The notes below the pieces were generated by a model. The model did not search any database. It was not told where the DNA came from and saw nothing but the letters and a program-made list of their open reading frames with translations. A DNA stretch of 64,000 bases. Origin: Phoronis australis (taxonomy: Eukaryota; Animalia; Phoronida). Below, one piece after another: positions 11,744 through 25,194 of the stretch (position 1 is its first letter; each line of letters starts with the position of its first letter). The stretch covers positions 2,388,124 to 2,452,123 of the forward strand of contig NMRA01000003.1 of NCBI GenBank assembly GCA_002633005.1, written 5' to 3'. A program made the position numbers and the translations under genes.

Positions 11744-14557
11744 TAGTTACGATCTCCTTGTGATAAACATTGTACAGTATGTTACAAAAGTATTTGGGTA
11801 AAATTCCGTTTCCCCCCCAGCCATGAAGGCTAATTGTGTTTACCGCAAAAATGATTAGTAATGGCTATTAGGCAGTAAAATTTTGATTACAGAATGGCAT
11901 CCATTCTTAAGTACTTCACATTCAGTACATATAGTGTGCTAATACTGTCCTTCATACTGTGCAAATACAGTTTTTAACAACTAAGTCATCTAATATCTCG
12001 CTAAATCATAGTCATATGAGGGAAATCGCATTGTCATGGTATAATTTCAAGCCAAAATAAACAAAATTTCTCATCAAAACATATTACACATGCATTTTAG
12101 AATAATACATCCGATTTTCAAAACATGCAATCTGTCACTGAAAACACACCCTTGGGTGTACTTTTGAAAAAAATTCCAAAAACACCCATGGTCGTACTTT
12201 TGGTGGTCCTATTTTCTGAAATTCCTGGTACCTTTCTTTTTTCCTAAATATTACTAAAAAAGACATGGTCATGTGACCCAATTAGAGGGAGATTGGTTTA
12301 AAGGTAAAAAATGAAATTCTAAAGAATTACTACTTCAGAAAATGTAAACTTTTTTCTATAGTTTTGTGATGTGATGTTTGGCTACAGGTAAATATGTAGA
12401 TTCATAGATAATACTACGTAGCACCTTAGAAAAATATCCAAGTTTGTCCGACTTCGGAACATCATATCTCAGAAATGGTTTTCCAGATTCCAATGGTACT
12501 TTCAAATGGTAAGCTTTATGCTCTGTTTTCCAACTCTCTGTTAGGAATTGCTTTTGACGTGTTTACTTCTGCATGAGGGATCATCAAAAATAGGACATTT
12601 GGGATTTTTCTGAAAAAACATTTTTTAAGTCGCATAAAATGAAAATGAAATATTTTAGAAAACTGTAAGAGGTTTTTTGAGGTGTCATCTTAAATATTTA
12701 TATCCAATAAAATTTCATGTTATTGATACAATGGTTTTGCTATCAATGCGTATCTTTTTTGCTAAATTTTATTGGAAAGATACTATCAAGTGACACAGTT
12801 AATGGCAGTTTTGTGCGAATCGAAAGTCGAATTCTGCAGTCTTCATATTTTCAAAAAATATGTACTTTTGTTGAATTAATCTTTAGTTTTGTAAATATTT
12901 GGCTAAATATGCAAATTTATCAATATGGTCCTGCATAACTTTAAAGGTGAAATTTATTGCCACCGTGGAAAGAAAACTTAGGGATAAGTTTGTGAGAGCC
13001 ACATTTTATGTTTGGATTGTCAGTGTTAATGAAGTCAAACTATTTTATGAACACTTAAGGCCAAATAAAATAAAACAATTGTTTCTGAGCCTGTGTCTTT
13101 TGAAAACTGATGTAGTTATGGGGAAAGGGGTGCTGATCGCCACTCAAACCCACACCACTTGGCTTTTTGAGACCCGCTTTTAAACTCAGTCAAACAGAGG
13201 TGATTGCTGCTAAATTGCCAAGACAATTTGTTAAACAAGCTACCACAGATAAGTTTGCTTAGCTTTTGAAAAAGATGCTAAAGTTGATGCAGGCGTGCAC
13301 TTTTTCTTTAAACAGCAGGTTTCAAAACGAGTCATGTTCAGACCAAAAGCTATTTTTTTAACCTAATCTTTCAATGCCCATGCAAAGGTTAGGCAATAAC
13401 ATGTTCAATACGCAATTGCATTTGAGATGAGGAAATAGTAAATGAACTTGATCTTTATTGATCTGTCAGATGTTAGCTTGGACCTTTTGCAAGTTGTTCA
13501 TTCCTCTGCCTATTTCTTGCAATTATCTGGTTTTGAAAGTTCAGTTGTCTAATTAATTACTGTGATTGCTCTGAAGTTGTTTGACCACAGAAGGTACGTT
13601 AAGGAAATGTTTAGATTTTTTTACATTATTCGTGCTTCTAAAACCCACTACAAAGGCTGTTAATTGAAGACGGAAGGCATGCTTGCCTAATTATTAACCT
13701 CGCTGTTATGAGCTGGGTTATGATTTATTGGTATGTCCGGTTTTACATTAAATTTGAAACTAATGCACTATTAATTGGGGGATAATTATGTAATGACAGT
13801 CACTATGGGCCATGCATGCTATGTCTACTGACTGTGTACACAAGAATCATTTCAGGTCAGGTGTTTGTATTGCTGACAGACTAGAACTCATTGTCCAATG
13901 TCTGACAACACCCAAGGGTCGTTAAATTTACATTAATGGTGAGAAAATGCAGAATTCAACTCATAACCCTTGCTTCCTTCACAGTCCAACACTTTGCTTG
14001 CTGTGAAAACCTTAGTCCGTAAATGACGCTTGAGTATTCTAGTCGTATTTAGCTAGTAAATGTCTGGCAGATAACGGTGAGAATTGGCGATTTGCCATAG
14101 AAATCACAAAAAACTACCGATTTTATTAGTTTATAGGTCAGTTCAAAGCTAATAAATGAAGAAGTCATGTCCCATCCGACAACAATTATCTCTCAAACGG
14201 GTTTTTCATCTGTAAAACTAATCCTGTCTCTTCAGAATACATCGTTACAGACAGACACAAGAGTTAACCAAAAAGGAAAACAATAATAAGCATAACAGGC
14301 TATGACGTTAATGGTTGTAGTTTCGGATGAGCGTCATGTCCGGTGAAGCCCTCATTAAGTTGGCTAGGATGCCATTTATCAGCAACGGTAGGGGTGTTCA
14401 TAAGTTTATGATGGAAATCATTTCTGCACAGTACTGTTTGGGTACAAGTCGTTAATGACGGGACTAATGACAGTTGTCTCGATTATTATTGGCTGTGATG
14501 GATTCATCATTATGTGCAAACAGTTCAGGATGTGTTTTACATTTGTAAATTAATTTA

Positions 14558-16253
14558 TTATTATACGCCCTCATATTTATATTTGGACGCATTATACCGT
14601 CATCTCCGTCCGTCCGGCGTGCGCTGCTCTATCTCCAAAACCCCTTAATTTATGTTCATGAAATTTTGCACATGTGTTCCTTCCATGGATGGGATGGCAT
14701 GTGCGAACTTTCGGACGGATTCGAGTACCAGTGTGCCCCGTAGTGGCAATTTCAGTTTTTTACATTTACCTCTGTATCTTCAAAAGTCCTCAACGGATTT
14801 TCATAAAATTGAGTATGTAGGCACCTATTAGTGAGATGATGCTATCCTCCCATTTTCGGATGGATGCGACGTAGTTTGCGCTACCGAGTGGCCTTTTTTA
14901 CTGTTTTCGAGTCTGTTTTTTGCGTCCACCCCTCTATCAACCAAACCGCTCAAAGAATGATTTTGAAAATTGGCATGTACGTTCTTACTATGAAGTGGAT
15001 GACTGATGATGATTTTCCGAGGACTTCGAGTACTGTGGCGCCTCCTAGTGGCGTTTTGTTTTTTTGCGCCTATGCCTATATCTCCTAAACCATTTGCAGG
15101 GTCTTTACTAAATTTAGGAAGTGTATTCATATGAATGTTAACAACGGACGACGACTTCGACTTTTGGACAGGTCTGATTACTAGTAGCAATTTTGTTTTT
15201 TTTTACGTTTACCTCTCTATCTTTAAAGGTTCTCAACGTATTTTCATAAAATTTGGCGTAGAGGCATCTGATAATTAGGTGATGCTATCTCTTCGTTTTC
15301 AGATGGATTCGACGTAGTTTGCGCCACTTAGTGGCTATTTTTACTGTTTTCGAGTCTATTTTTTGGCGTCCACTTGTCTATCAACCAAACTGCTTTCAGG
15401 ATAATTGTGAAAATTGGCATGTATGTTTTTACTATGAAGTGGACGGCTGACGCTGATTTTCTGACGACTTCCACTACTGTGGTGCCTCATAGTGGCAGTT
15501 CTATATTTTTTGCATTCATGACTACTCCTAAACCGTTTGCAGGATCTTTACTTAAACTTAGCAAGTGTATTTATGTGTTCTTGACAACGAACAACGACTT
15601 TCGGACGGAGCTGACTTCTGATGCCCCCTGGTGACAATTTTAGTTTTTCACGTTTAACTCTGTATTTTGAAAGGTCCTCAACAGATTTTCATAGAATTTT
15701 AAATATAGGCATCTATTGGTGAGGTGACGCTATCCTCCTGTTTTTGGATGGAATTGAGGTATTTTGTGCCACCTGGTGGCCATTTTTGCTGTTTTTGAAT
15801 CTTGTTTGTGGCGTCCACCCTTCTATCAACCAAATCATTCTAGGAATGGTTTTAAAAATTATCATATATGTTCTCAGTGTGAAGGGGACGTTTGATTATG
15901 GTGGCTGACTACCGTGGGGCCTCCTAGTGGTAGTTTTGTGCCCATAGCTGTATCTCCTAAACCCACTGCAGGATCCTTATTGAATTTAGTAAGTGTATGA
16001 AGATAACAAAAGACAACAAGGACTTTCAGGTGGATCCAACAGACGCTGTGCACACAAGTGGCAATTTCATTTTATTCTGGTTTCCTTTGTTTCTCTGAAG
16101 TTCCTTGACTCAGTTTTATGAAATATGGCATGTTTTTGGATGGATTGTACGTTTTTGCGCCATCTAGTGGCCATTTTTATGATACAATTAAATAACCCTA
16201 AAACCACACCGTTTGCGATGCATTCGTGGGCACATTTCAACACGTGCTTGTTT
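14558..16253 (+). mobile_element. HINE family A, complete copy 2 with expanded internal array
   Basis: Same 5' hairpin and (GTCC)n start as 1912; about 11 subunits arranged A-(B-C-D)x3-E; 3' sub-TIR CGTGGGCACAT ~16225-16235. Confidence 0.8.
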
Positions 16254-16532
16254 CTGTCAGGTGCATCAATGACCTCCAATAATGCGAGGAATTATAATTA
16301 AAAATGCAAGTTAATGATTATGGTGTTGAATCTATTGTCAGTTTTTTAACAATGTTTGTGGTTTGTTAAACCATATAATTAACTGAAACAATTCTTAATG
16401 CTTGACTTGGCAAACATAGCGTTTTGTGAATGTAAGCAGATAATCGTAACATGTATTAATTTCCTGAGTGAGTAGGTTTCTTATAAATTCCCGGTAATTG
16501 AAAATGTTATGATGTGTAAGACAACAGAAATA

Positions 16533-17316
16533 CAGGGTGACCCCCAAAAAGTGTTATCCACATTTTCGCGTCTTAAAATGTATTTTTAACGAAATCAATA
16601 CCAGACTTTATAATCAAAATTATTATGTAGAATAGATAAGATTACATTTCTACCAAAAATAATGGTTCATTACCATTTTAATGCCTGTTTTGCCAGCACA
16701 CATGTAGGCAGCATAACATTTTTATGGCTATGTAAACTCAAATAACAATGTCTGTTGAGGTACAGTATGTCATGTCACCTTGTAATTGTGTGTTAGACAA
16801 ACCTTTGTGCTCTTCATGATGCGCAGCCTGGGTAGCCATGTCAAAACATGGCATTACTGACCCTTGTTAGTTTGAGGATACCAATGGCCAATTTTGGTAA
16901 TGGTCAATTCTGAATAATTATCTTGCAGTGTTTGGGAAGTTTTGGGAAGTATTTGCTGAGGAAAGGGGGTAATAAAAGGCTATTGAGCAATGGTTTCATA
17001 GCATGGGGTCACTCTTCTAACAACTAATGTGACACTGACAGAGATTTGTGAAAGATATGACTTAGAATGGACTGCACACTCTCTTGGTTTGAACCTGCTT
17101 AATGTCTATTTATGAAGGTAAAAAATGAGAAAAATTACCTACAATAAGACATTTAGTTAGTGATCATTGGCCTGAACTGCAGGCTTGAAACGTCATGCTC
17201 AACTAACAAAATGTCTCCTAGTAGTAGTTTTGATTCATGACTAAGTTTGGTGGTTTTCTGTTCAGAAATAATTATTTAACAAGCAAAAGGAGGGTAACAT
17301 CTTTCGGATCACCTTG
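16533..17316 (+). mobile_element. Decayed Tc1/mariner element with transposase remnant
   Basis: TA-flanked imperfect TIRs CAGGGTGACCCCCAAAAAGTGTTATCC versus reverse-complemented right end CAAGGTGATCCGAAAGATGTTACCC; remnants YGYVNSNNNV*G, AWVAMSKHGITDP*FEDTNG, QWF..HGVT..TTNVTL and EWTAHSLGLNLLNVYL* correspond to GHVN..N..WG, W.AIS..GIIGP.WFE, WFQQDGA..HT and W...SPDLNPLD..LWG. Confidence 0.75.
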
Positions 17317-17619
17317 TAGTTTGTGTCTGCACAAGTATCAGTTAGAAATTAATGTTACATTTCCTAATACAATCGTTCTTTTAATATTCCTTACGGTGTT
17401 AACACTTGTCTTTTATTGCCAACATGAACGTTGAAACAATTAACGACTCAAGAAAACAATTCGGATCTTTTGTTGTTGACCAAGCCTAAATCTGGAGATT
17501 CAAAAATGTACTTAGTGTCAGTGACTTAAGAGTTGCAAGTTCATTTGGCAACTATTCCAGATGGAATGAGCATGGGGTTTGCTTTTGCTTTTGATTCCTT
17601 TCATCATTGACAGCTAAAA

Positions 17620-17876
17620 GACAGCAGTTAAGAGCTCATTGTATTAACAGCAGCAGTTAAGAATTCATCGTATAAAATCAAAAGTTAAGAAGTCGTTGTA
17701 TGTAAACGACAAAAGTTAAGAATTCATCATATAAGCAGCCAAAGTTACGAATTCATCATATAAACAGCAAAAGTTAAGAATTCATCGTATAAACAGCAAA
17801 AGTTAAGAATTCATCGTATAAACAGCAAAAGTTAAGAATTCATCGTATAAACAGCAAAAGTTAAGAATTCATCATC
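17620..17876. repeat. 29-bp minisatellite (AAACAGCAAAAGTTAAGAATTCATCGTAT), about 8-9 copies
   Basis: Units at 17762, 17791, 17820, 17849; more diverged towards the left. Confidence 0.95.
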
Positions 17877-19279
17877 AACTGCTAAACAGCAGTGTCCCTC
17901 TTGTGGCATTCTGAAACCTGAAGCAGGTATTTCTTGGAATACTGTAGTTACAAGCCAGATGTGGCCAAATGTCTTACATTTCCCTTAGACAGGAAACACT
18001 TTAGGGAACTAATGCAGCCACAGAACTTAACTTGTTTCCTCTCCTGTAGGCTGACAGATGTAATCACCTCCCTCATCCTCCTAATTAGGAATGACATTAT
18101 TTTTTAAAAGGTGTATCTAGACGTTTAAGGTGTTGCACTTGTTTTTCTCTTAACCATGGTGTTAAAAGTACATGATGGTTTAACAAACTTTTGTGGAGTG
18201 AACTCTACTCGCTGGTTGAGATCTGCACCATTATGAATCATCAATAGAATCCAATTTCAATGTCAACTTTTTGACATGATGTTTTTTCATTATGAACTGA
18301 ATTTTGTTTTCCATTAACTGACGATTATCAAGAAGTGCTTCAAAATGTTTTGTGCGCCCGAAGAGCGCTAGCCACATTACTCAGTTTGACAGGCTCAGCC
18401 ATAGATCCTTATTGAAAGTGCATATTATACTGTACTTTTTATGCCAGTCTCCAAATTTTACTTGAAGTTAGCATGTTTGCCATTTTATAGGCACCGTGGG
18501 TGTATGAGTTGGTCAGATCAAATTTGGGTCCCAATTATAAGTATTACAAGGTTACTTAATGACTACTGGAAATGTTGTTTTTATAATGCTATTCCTGCAG
18601 ACATGAAGTGTTCCTTAAATTTTCTGTTACAGACTTGGAATTTTTTTAAAATTATGAACATCTCATTGAGTCAATTTAAAGGAGCAAATCCAAACACCTC
18701 CAGTTCATCAGATTTTAGTGTATGTGAACTTACCTTGCTACAAGCGGGAATCTGTAGGCTGTCATTTTAGTTTGAACCGCAATTCTTTTATCATGTAAAT
18801 AATAACCAATATTCAAGTGTCATTTTTCAGTTTTAAGTAGTCCCTTTTTCATCAGTAAATGTGCCCCTGTGCACCTGTCATATTCTAGTTTTAACTTGTC
18901 CTTTCATCTTCAAGTCGTATTCATCAAAATTCAGTTTTAACTAGGTCTGCATGGCATGAATTAATGAAGTCATATCCATCATGCTCACAGCCCATTGTGC
19001 AATACGAGTGTTTTTATTTCATTTACCCTTATGCTATTCAAGTGTTCAGAACTGTGATAGGAACTGTGACTGGCAGTTCCACAATTAACCTGATGATGTT
19101 CTTACCCTGTGGGGCACTTATGGCCAGTAATTACGCAGCATGGATCCCAGGGAATTCGAGATGCCAACTAAAATTACTTCGAACCGAAATGCCGTCATAT
19201 TTGACAAAATTTACCTCGTATTTGTCCGTCACATTTCGGTTTTCAGCTTGTATTGTTGCTATGTACACATAGTCAATAA

Positions 19280-19342
19280 ATTCAGTTTTAACTAGTTGAG
19301 ATTCAGTTTTAACTAGTTGAGATTCAGTTTTAACTAGTTGAG
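19280..19342. repeat. 21-bp tandem repeat ATTCAGTTTTAACTAGTTGAG x3
   Basis: Direct reading; related single copies at ~18826 and ~18929. Confidence 0.9.
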
Positions 19343-22300
19343 TTCGTCCAGCGTAAATGTACTCATATTCTGCAGTCTGTAGTCTGTTACAGTTTCAACC
19401 AATTTGTTGTTAAGAACTAAGAACGTGCATGATCCGTTACACATTTGGGTCTCATTCTCGAGCGGGGGGAGGGGGTAATCTGGCAATACAATTTCTATTT
19501 TTTATGAATCGTTCTGCTGCACTTCCTGTTTGGTAATTAGTTTGAGAAATTTCGTGTTTGGAATTAAACGATATTCACATAGAACAGTGCATTCTGACTG
19601 TTTGTTTTATTATACGTTTGTAGAAATATGGGCTAAGCTGTACAAGAAGACAGTTTACATATAATCATTAAGATGCTAATAAGAGATAAAATATTAGTGG
19701 CTGTTCGCTGAAAAAAAATCTGTATAAATCTTTTTGTTGTCTGACAAGTCTACCAATTTTAAAAAGAATCAGTAACATGATGCATTTTATTCCCCCATTG
19801 GTAGTCAATGCATATTGCTGTGTTAGGCCAGTGGCCTTATACAAGAAATAAACTTCAATATTATAAATAATCAACAACACCTACAGTGATATTTGAAACA
19901 CCAAGGTGGAAGTAATTAGGTGACTACTTGCTCAGGCTCAGCTAGGAACCACTTCTGGTTCCTGGGTTTCAGTCATAGGGGTGTCTTATCCTTTTTGTCC
20001 CAAATTTGCCATTAGGTGTAGGGTGTGCAGAGTGGACGCTTGGCTGAACAGGGGCAAGTTGGCCTACTATCAGTATAACTGTGATTTCATGGCAACCTTA
20101 CTGATTTTTGTTGAATAAACAAGTATTTAACAGTCTTACCAAATCACATTTGATTTCATATAAGTCTTAGACAAACACTTTGCACTCCACACCCGGCTTT
20201 TTTGTTACCTGTAACACACGTGTGCAAAATCTTGCTTTTCTGCACACAAGAGGTGTTAACAAGTTGAAATAACAGAGGTTGCAGACGACTGACTGATTTC
20301 CATTTTTGAAAAAATTGCATCATTGAAGCTGTAGTAAAATTTCCTCAATTTTGTTTAGTTAAATTAGTGTTCGTCAAGAAATCACACCTTCCAGAGATGT
20401 GCTTCCAACATTGAGTTGTGGGGTGTCGATCATGGGTACACATTTTCGTAAGCCGAGTGAGTTGTCCTCTATCGCTTGTAAAATTCTAGTCTCTTGATTG
20501 ATTTGTCCTTAGGTGACAACATTCGAAAGGCCAGTTTCATTACATTGAGTAAGCTATTCCAGAAATACTACAGAATTTGTTTGGAGGTATAAATCTAAAA
20601 TGGTGTCTAAAAGGGGTGCACCTATGCTAATGTTCTAGGGTAACTCCTAGCGTGGACACGACTTTGCATGATTGCCACATGTATCAGACCTATATGCAGA
20701 ATTTTCAGATGAGAAGTGTGACATTAACTTGTAATACAAGGCATCAATAGCAATGCTTAGCCACCATATCTTCTTTTGACGACGTTTTGTGCTTCCCTTT
20801 TTCGTAGGTTCTTCTTTTGCCGAACTATTTTGAGTGGACTCGGGAAATGTCCTTGATTTTCATAGTATGTTGTTTGTCAGTTTGTGGTCTCGCCACCAGA
20901 TGTCTGCATTTTGGTTACCATTTAAATATGAAGTCTTGTGTCTGTGATCTGTTTTACAAATCTTCATCAACTTGTGTAACCAAACTGGTGTTTTGGCATA
21001 ATAGCACTCTTTTGCCTCACCACATGAAAGGTGGCCATCAGGTCTATGGCATCAGTGGATTCATCAATCACTGGCAGGAAGCGCAAGTCTGCAGCAACCC
21101 TAAACTGACCAAATACTGACCACCAAGAGAGAGAAAATGTTGACATAGTAGACAACAGTCACTGTGATGCTTTAACATCTATTAATCTAACAAGAGCAAC
21201 AGGAAGGATCTAGTCATAGTTGACCACTGTGATGTTTAAAATATATCTTTTAACCTAACAAAAGCAGCAGGAACTACTGAATGTTCCCATAGTAGATGAC
21301 AGTTAAAGTCCTTGTCTCAAAATGCCAATGTGGTTCTAGTATCCGAAAATACTTACTAAATAAAATCTTATTTTCGATACCCTTTCTTTATATTCTTTTC
21401 GCCTTTCGTGCCAAAAGCGATTTTTTAACAATATTTGACCCTTCACTGTGAGCGTATAATTACTGGCTGTCATCGGTTATTTCCGTACCCATATTTCCGG
21501 CTCGTCAGTTCAGGAACTTGTCCTGAACGCCGCCATTTTTCCCTTGTAACTGAATGTGCTATCGCTTGCTCGAAAAGTCTTCATTATTTTGTTTTATTAG
21601 TAATATCTCGTGATTAGTTTGCATATGTAGTGTAGTTATAGTTTGTAGTTAGTGGTCGTTGAATTTTTTTGGAATGTTACGTGTACTTATTATGTTAAAA
21701 TAGCATTGGTGTTCAGTTCCTTATGTAGGGCGGTGAATTGACGTAGAAACCAAGTCGAACCATGTTTTTTTTTTTTTTTTTTTTTCGTTTTGAAAAAGTA
21801 CTTTGCTATCATCGGAAAGGTAGTGCATTCTACTCAGTAAAAATCAAAAAAGTATCAAAATCGGGGCAAGCAGTGTAAAGTTATTGCAATTTTTGTGGCG
21901 AAATTTGGGTCACTTTGTTTGGATCTCGTCGGCCATATTGGAGGACAGCGGGATAAGTTACGAGTTTAAAACTTTGTGTAAATTGTTTTGGCCAATAATT
22001 TACGGTGAAATTTAGTGAGACATATCTTTACTTACTATTCCGCACGATTCAACAGTTTTCACCAAATTTCAGCCTCGCAGTTGTTAGTTATTAAGTGATA
22101 AATGTGGTCACAATTCCCGTTGGACAACATGGCGACTTTTGCTGAACTGGAAGGCATGTTCAACCTGTTATTTTGTAATTTGTGAAGATTTACCGTTGGT
22201 ACATTTCGACAGACGTTGCTACAAAAAAGGAACTTTGTTCAATTTTCATGTTTTTTGGTACAAAAATATAAGATATATTCGAATTATTTTACTACCCATT

Positions 22301-23289
22301 CAGGTGATCTTACACTAAGCTAAAAAAATAGAAGTTGAAATAATTTTGAAATGGTTTTTTGTTTGACTGTCAACTGCTGTTCACGGTTTGATTAGGTGTC
22401 ACAAAATGACTCATATTTTTCTAAATTTTAAGTCTAAATGGCTTTCAAGTCTTTTTTTGTAACTTATTGCTTTCTTAATTCAGGTTATCAAGTTAACAAT
22501 ATGAAGAATCTTAATTTGAGAAATAAGCTATATTGTATATTGTGAAGCTTCAAGCCTCCAATTCTTGTTCCTTGCAACTTCATATTTTTTTAAATCATGC
22601 TTGTCAAATTCTGATGTAAGGAAACACTATTCGGTCACCATGGTAATAGTTACATGTATGTCCACTTTCATATCATGGAAACTGTGCTGTTGGATAGTTT
22701 TTGTAATGCTTAAATGTTGTAAAGCACTGTGCATTCTGAGTTACTTATTATGGTAAAAGGTTGAATCATTTTGGCTTAATGAATAAAAAATGATAACTTT
22801 TTGTATTGGACTTGTCATACTTATGTGCTCGAACGAGCCCCCTATTAGAAGAAATGAAAATAGGTCTGCCTCAGTCAGAGAAGCATGAACTCCGAAAAAA
22901 GTAGGAAAAGAGACAAAAGTCCACTAGAAGACAGGAAGTACCAAAATTTAGCGTCTGCAATTCGTAGCTCTGAACTCATCCAGTGAATCTTATAGTAAAA
23001 GGTAGACATTCCCAAAAATTCCAGCCCCCCATTTTTTTAGGCTTGGGGCGCTCATGCAAAGTCTGGGCAAATCTCTGTTGAAAGCCAACAACTTTGCACA
23101 GTTCGCCTGGAGACCTCAAGTTTTAATAAACCTTGTTTGAGCGAGCGCTGTGGCCAGGGACCAGGTAGGCCTAAGGGTAGCCTTGGCGCAAAGCTGTATA
23201 GGCCCCGGCTACTAACAAGCTGTAGTTTCATGGTAGTCTTCATACTGGTAGCTGGCACTGAGGCTAGCTAAAGGCTACCGCGGCAGTGT

Positions 23290-23720
23290 GACACAGGACT
23301 AACCAGCCCGTAATTTTATGCAAGCGTCTGAAACTACATTTGAATATATACGGCATTTATGATTTGAACATTTTACTTCGACAAAACAGCTTGCAACTGC
23401 ATGCCTGTACCGTTCGCCATTGTCTGGTCTCGATCCGCACCGGGTCCAATAGGCTGTGGTCCCGAGTCCGGCAAAATAATTTCTGTCAAAATTTATTGCC
23501 ACATTTCTTCAGCAAATTCGATAAAATTGTCCGTATTTTGATTTTCTTAAAATTAAGGCGTGCTGTCAATTATTTTATCCCCATTTGCAGGCTGGTAACG
23601 GCACTTGTCCATTCACACTGACGGCATTTTCTTAGCCTGGGTTCCTGAATGAATTGTACTTCCGGGTTCGCGGTAAGTTCAAAATGGCAGTGTATTCTTC
23701 GGGTGCGAATCGTGAGTGGC
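23290..23720. promoter_or_regulatory. Candidate (possibly bidirectional) promoter / first-exon region
   Basis: Locally CpG-richer; CCAAT ~23446; ETS-like ACTTCCGG ~23658; donor CG|GTAAGT at 23673; AAAATGGC (YY1/Kozak-like) at 23681; donor C|GTGAGT at 23712; minus-strand donor-like CTG|GTTAGT near 23303. Confidence 0.4.
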
Positions 23721-24442
23721 GCATTTATTTAAGCTTTACGGATTGTGTATTAGTTATGGGATATGTACTTGTTGGATCCTTATAACATCCTCTAACCATG
23801 TAATAAGGGTTACCAACATGTGAAACCAGGACTTTAACTTAACAAGCAAAACAGGAAGGATCTACTGAACACGGAAGCAGCAATCTAAAAAACCGCCTGA
23901 CATTTTATATTTTCTCAGTAAATAGAAAAAAAAGAGACGACAAATAGAATCATGGGCAATAATGATTATGCGCCCTTTAAATACATCTGTGTTTTGAATT
24001 TGAATTCATTTACTAGTTGAATTTTATATATTTTATGGGTTTGAAGACAAACCATTAGGTAAGAAATTTCCATTTAGAGTGCATCAGTTCTGTATTGTAT
24101 TGACTGGTCAGTATGTGTAAAATATATTAAAAGTAAGAATTTGGAAATGTTACTATATGATAACGATATAACAAAAAGTGAGGAAACGTGAAATTTTGGC
24201 AGTGTTGTGCACGTCGATCCCCACACATGATTCTGGTAATTTTCAGGACCATATGAACCACCTTACTATCCATGATAGGTTAGTCCTCAAGATGAGAAAG
24301 TTATGAACTATAGTGAACTATAATTGTGCTGCGCTCAGCTTATCTGGAAAGACTAATTGGCTTCTGCTGAGATGAATATATGATGGAACTGCTTCTGTTG
24401 CTTACAGCTCTCTCACCAGTGCTTGTAATTCAACTGACATAA

Positions 24443-24957
24443 GTCGCTTTCCTATCGGAAGCAAAACTTCGCTTTTGCAAAAGTTTTGGTAAGTGGGAAA
24501 GGTTAACTCCAGTAGTTAACCTGCAAACGAAACTTTGGTGAAAATAGTAGGATTTAAAAGCAAAGCTTTGGTACTTACTGAAACTTCGTTGTAGTAGGAA
24601 TAGTCAAAGCTAGAATCTTCGCCAAAGTTATCGGTAGAGGTCGCGGCAGCGATATATGATCACGCAAGACTTGCAAAACGTATTATTTGTTATTGCAGCG
24701 TAGCCAACGTGCTCTCAATGGAGACACATAAATAAATAAAAGTAAGTCTATCTGATGGAGAACGACCCTGATCATTTTCATAAACACTCGTAAATGGCAA
24801 GATAACAATTTTCAAATAGCCTCAAAACTACTCAATATTTGTTTGAGAGTACGAATGAACTGCATCCACTGGTGTCATAGTGATAACTACGATATCGCTG
24901 TCCAGTTGGAAACTAAGTTAAGTTTCAGTGAAGTTTCGGTAAATCGAAGTTTCCTAA
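24443..24957. mobile_element. Degenerate MITE-like repeat; its left end is also present at ~5343-5392
   Basis: GCTTTCC..T.G..GC.AAACTTCGCTTTT..AAAA.TTT.GGTAAGT shared between the two loci; AACTTCG/CGAAGTT subterminal motifs. Confidence 0.45.
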
Positions 24958-25194
24958 TACAATTTTTTTTCGCAAAAATGTATCATATTAATAACACCAT
25001 ATCTTAAATGTCAATTATCATATAGTGTGTGATTGTACTTTATTTCTGTTTCTGTTGACAAAGGACGTTATTACATCCAAAAATTTCAGCTGATCCATTC
25101 TTGTTTTATTTACCTATTTATGTTCAACAATAACAACGTGACACGTGATAATGCAACGTCATTGTTGCTATCTGACTAAACCTTGTGGAATCTA

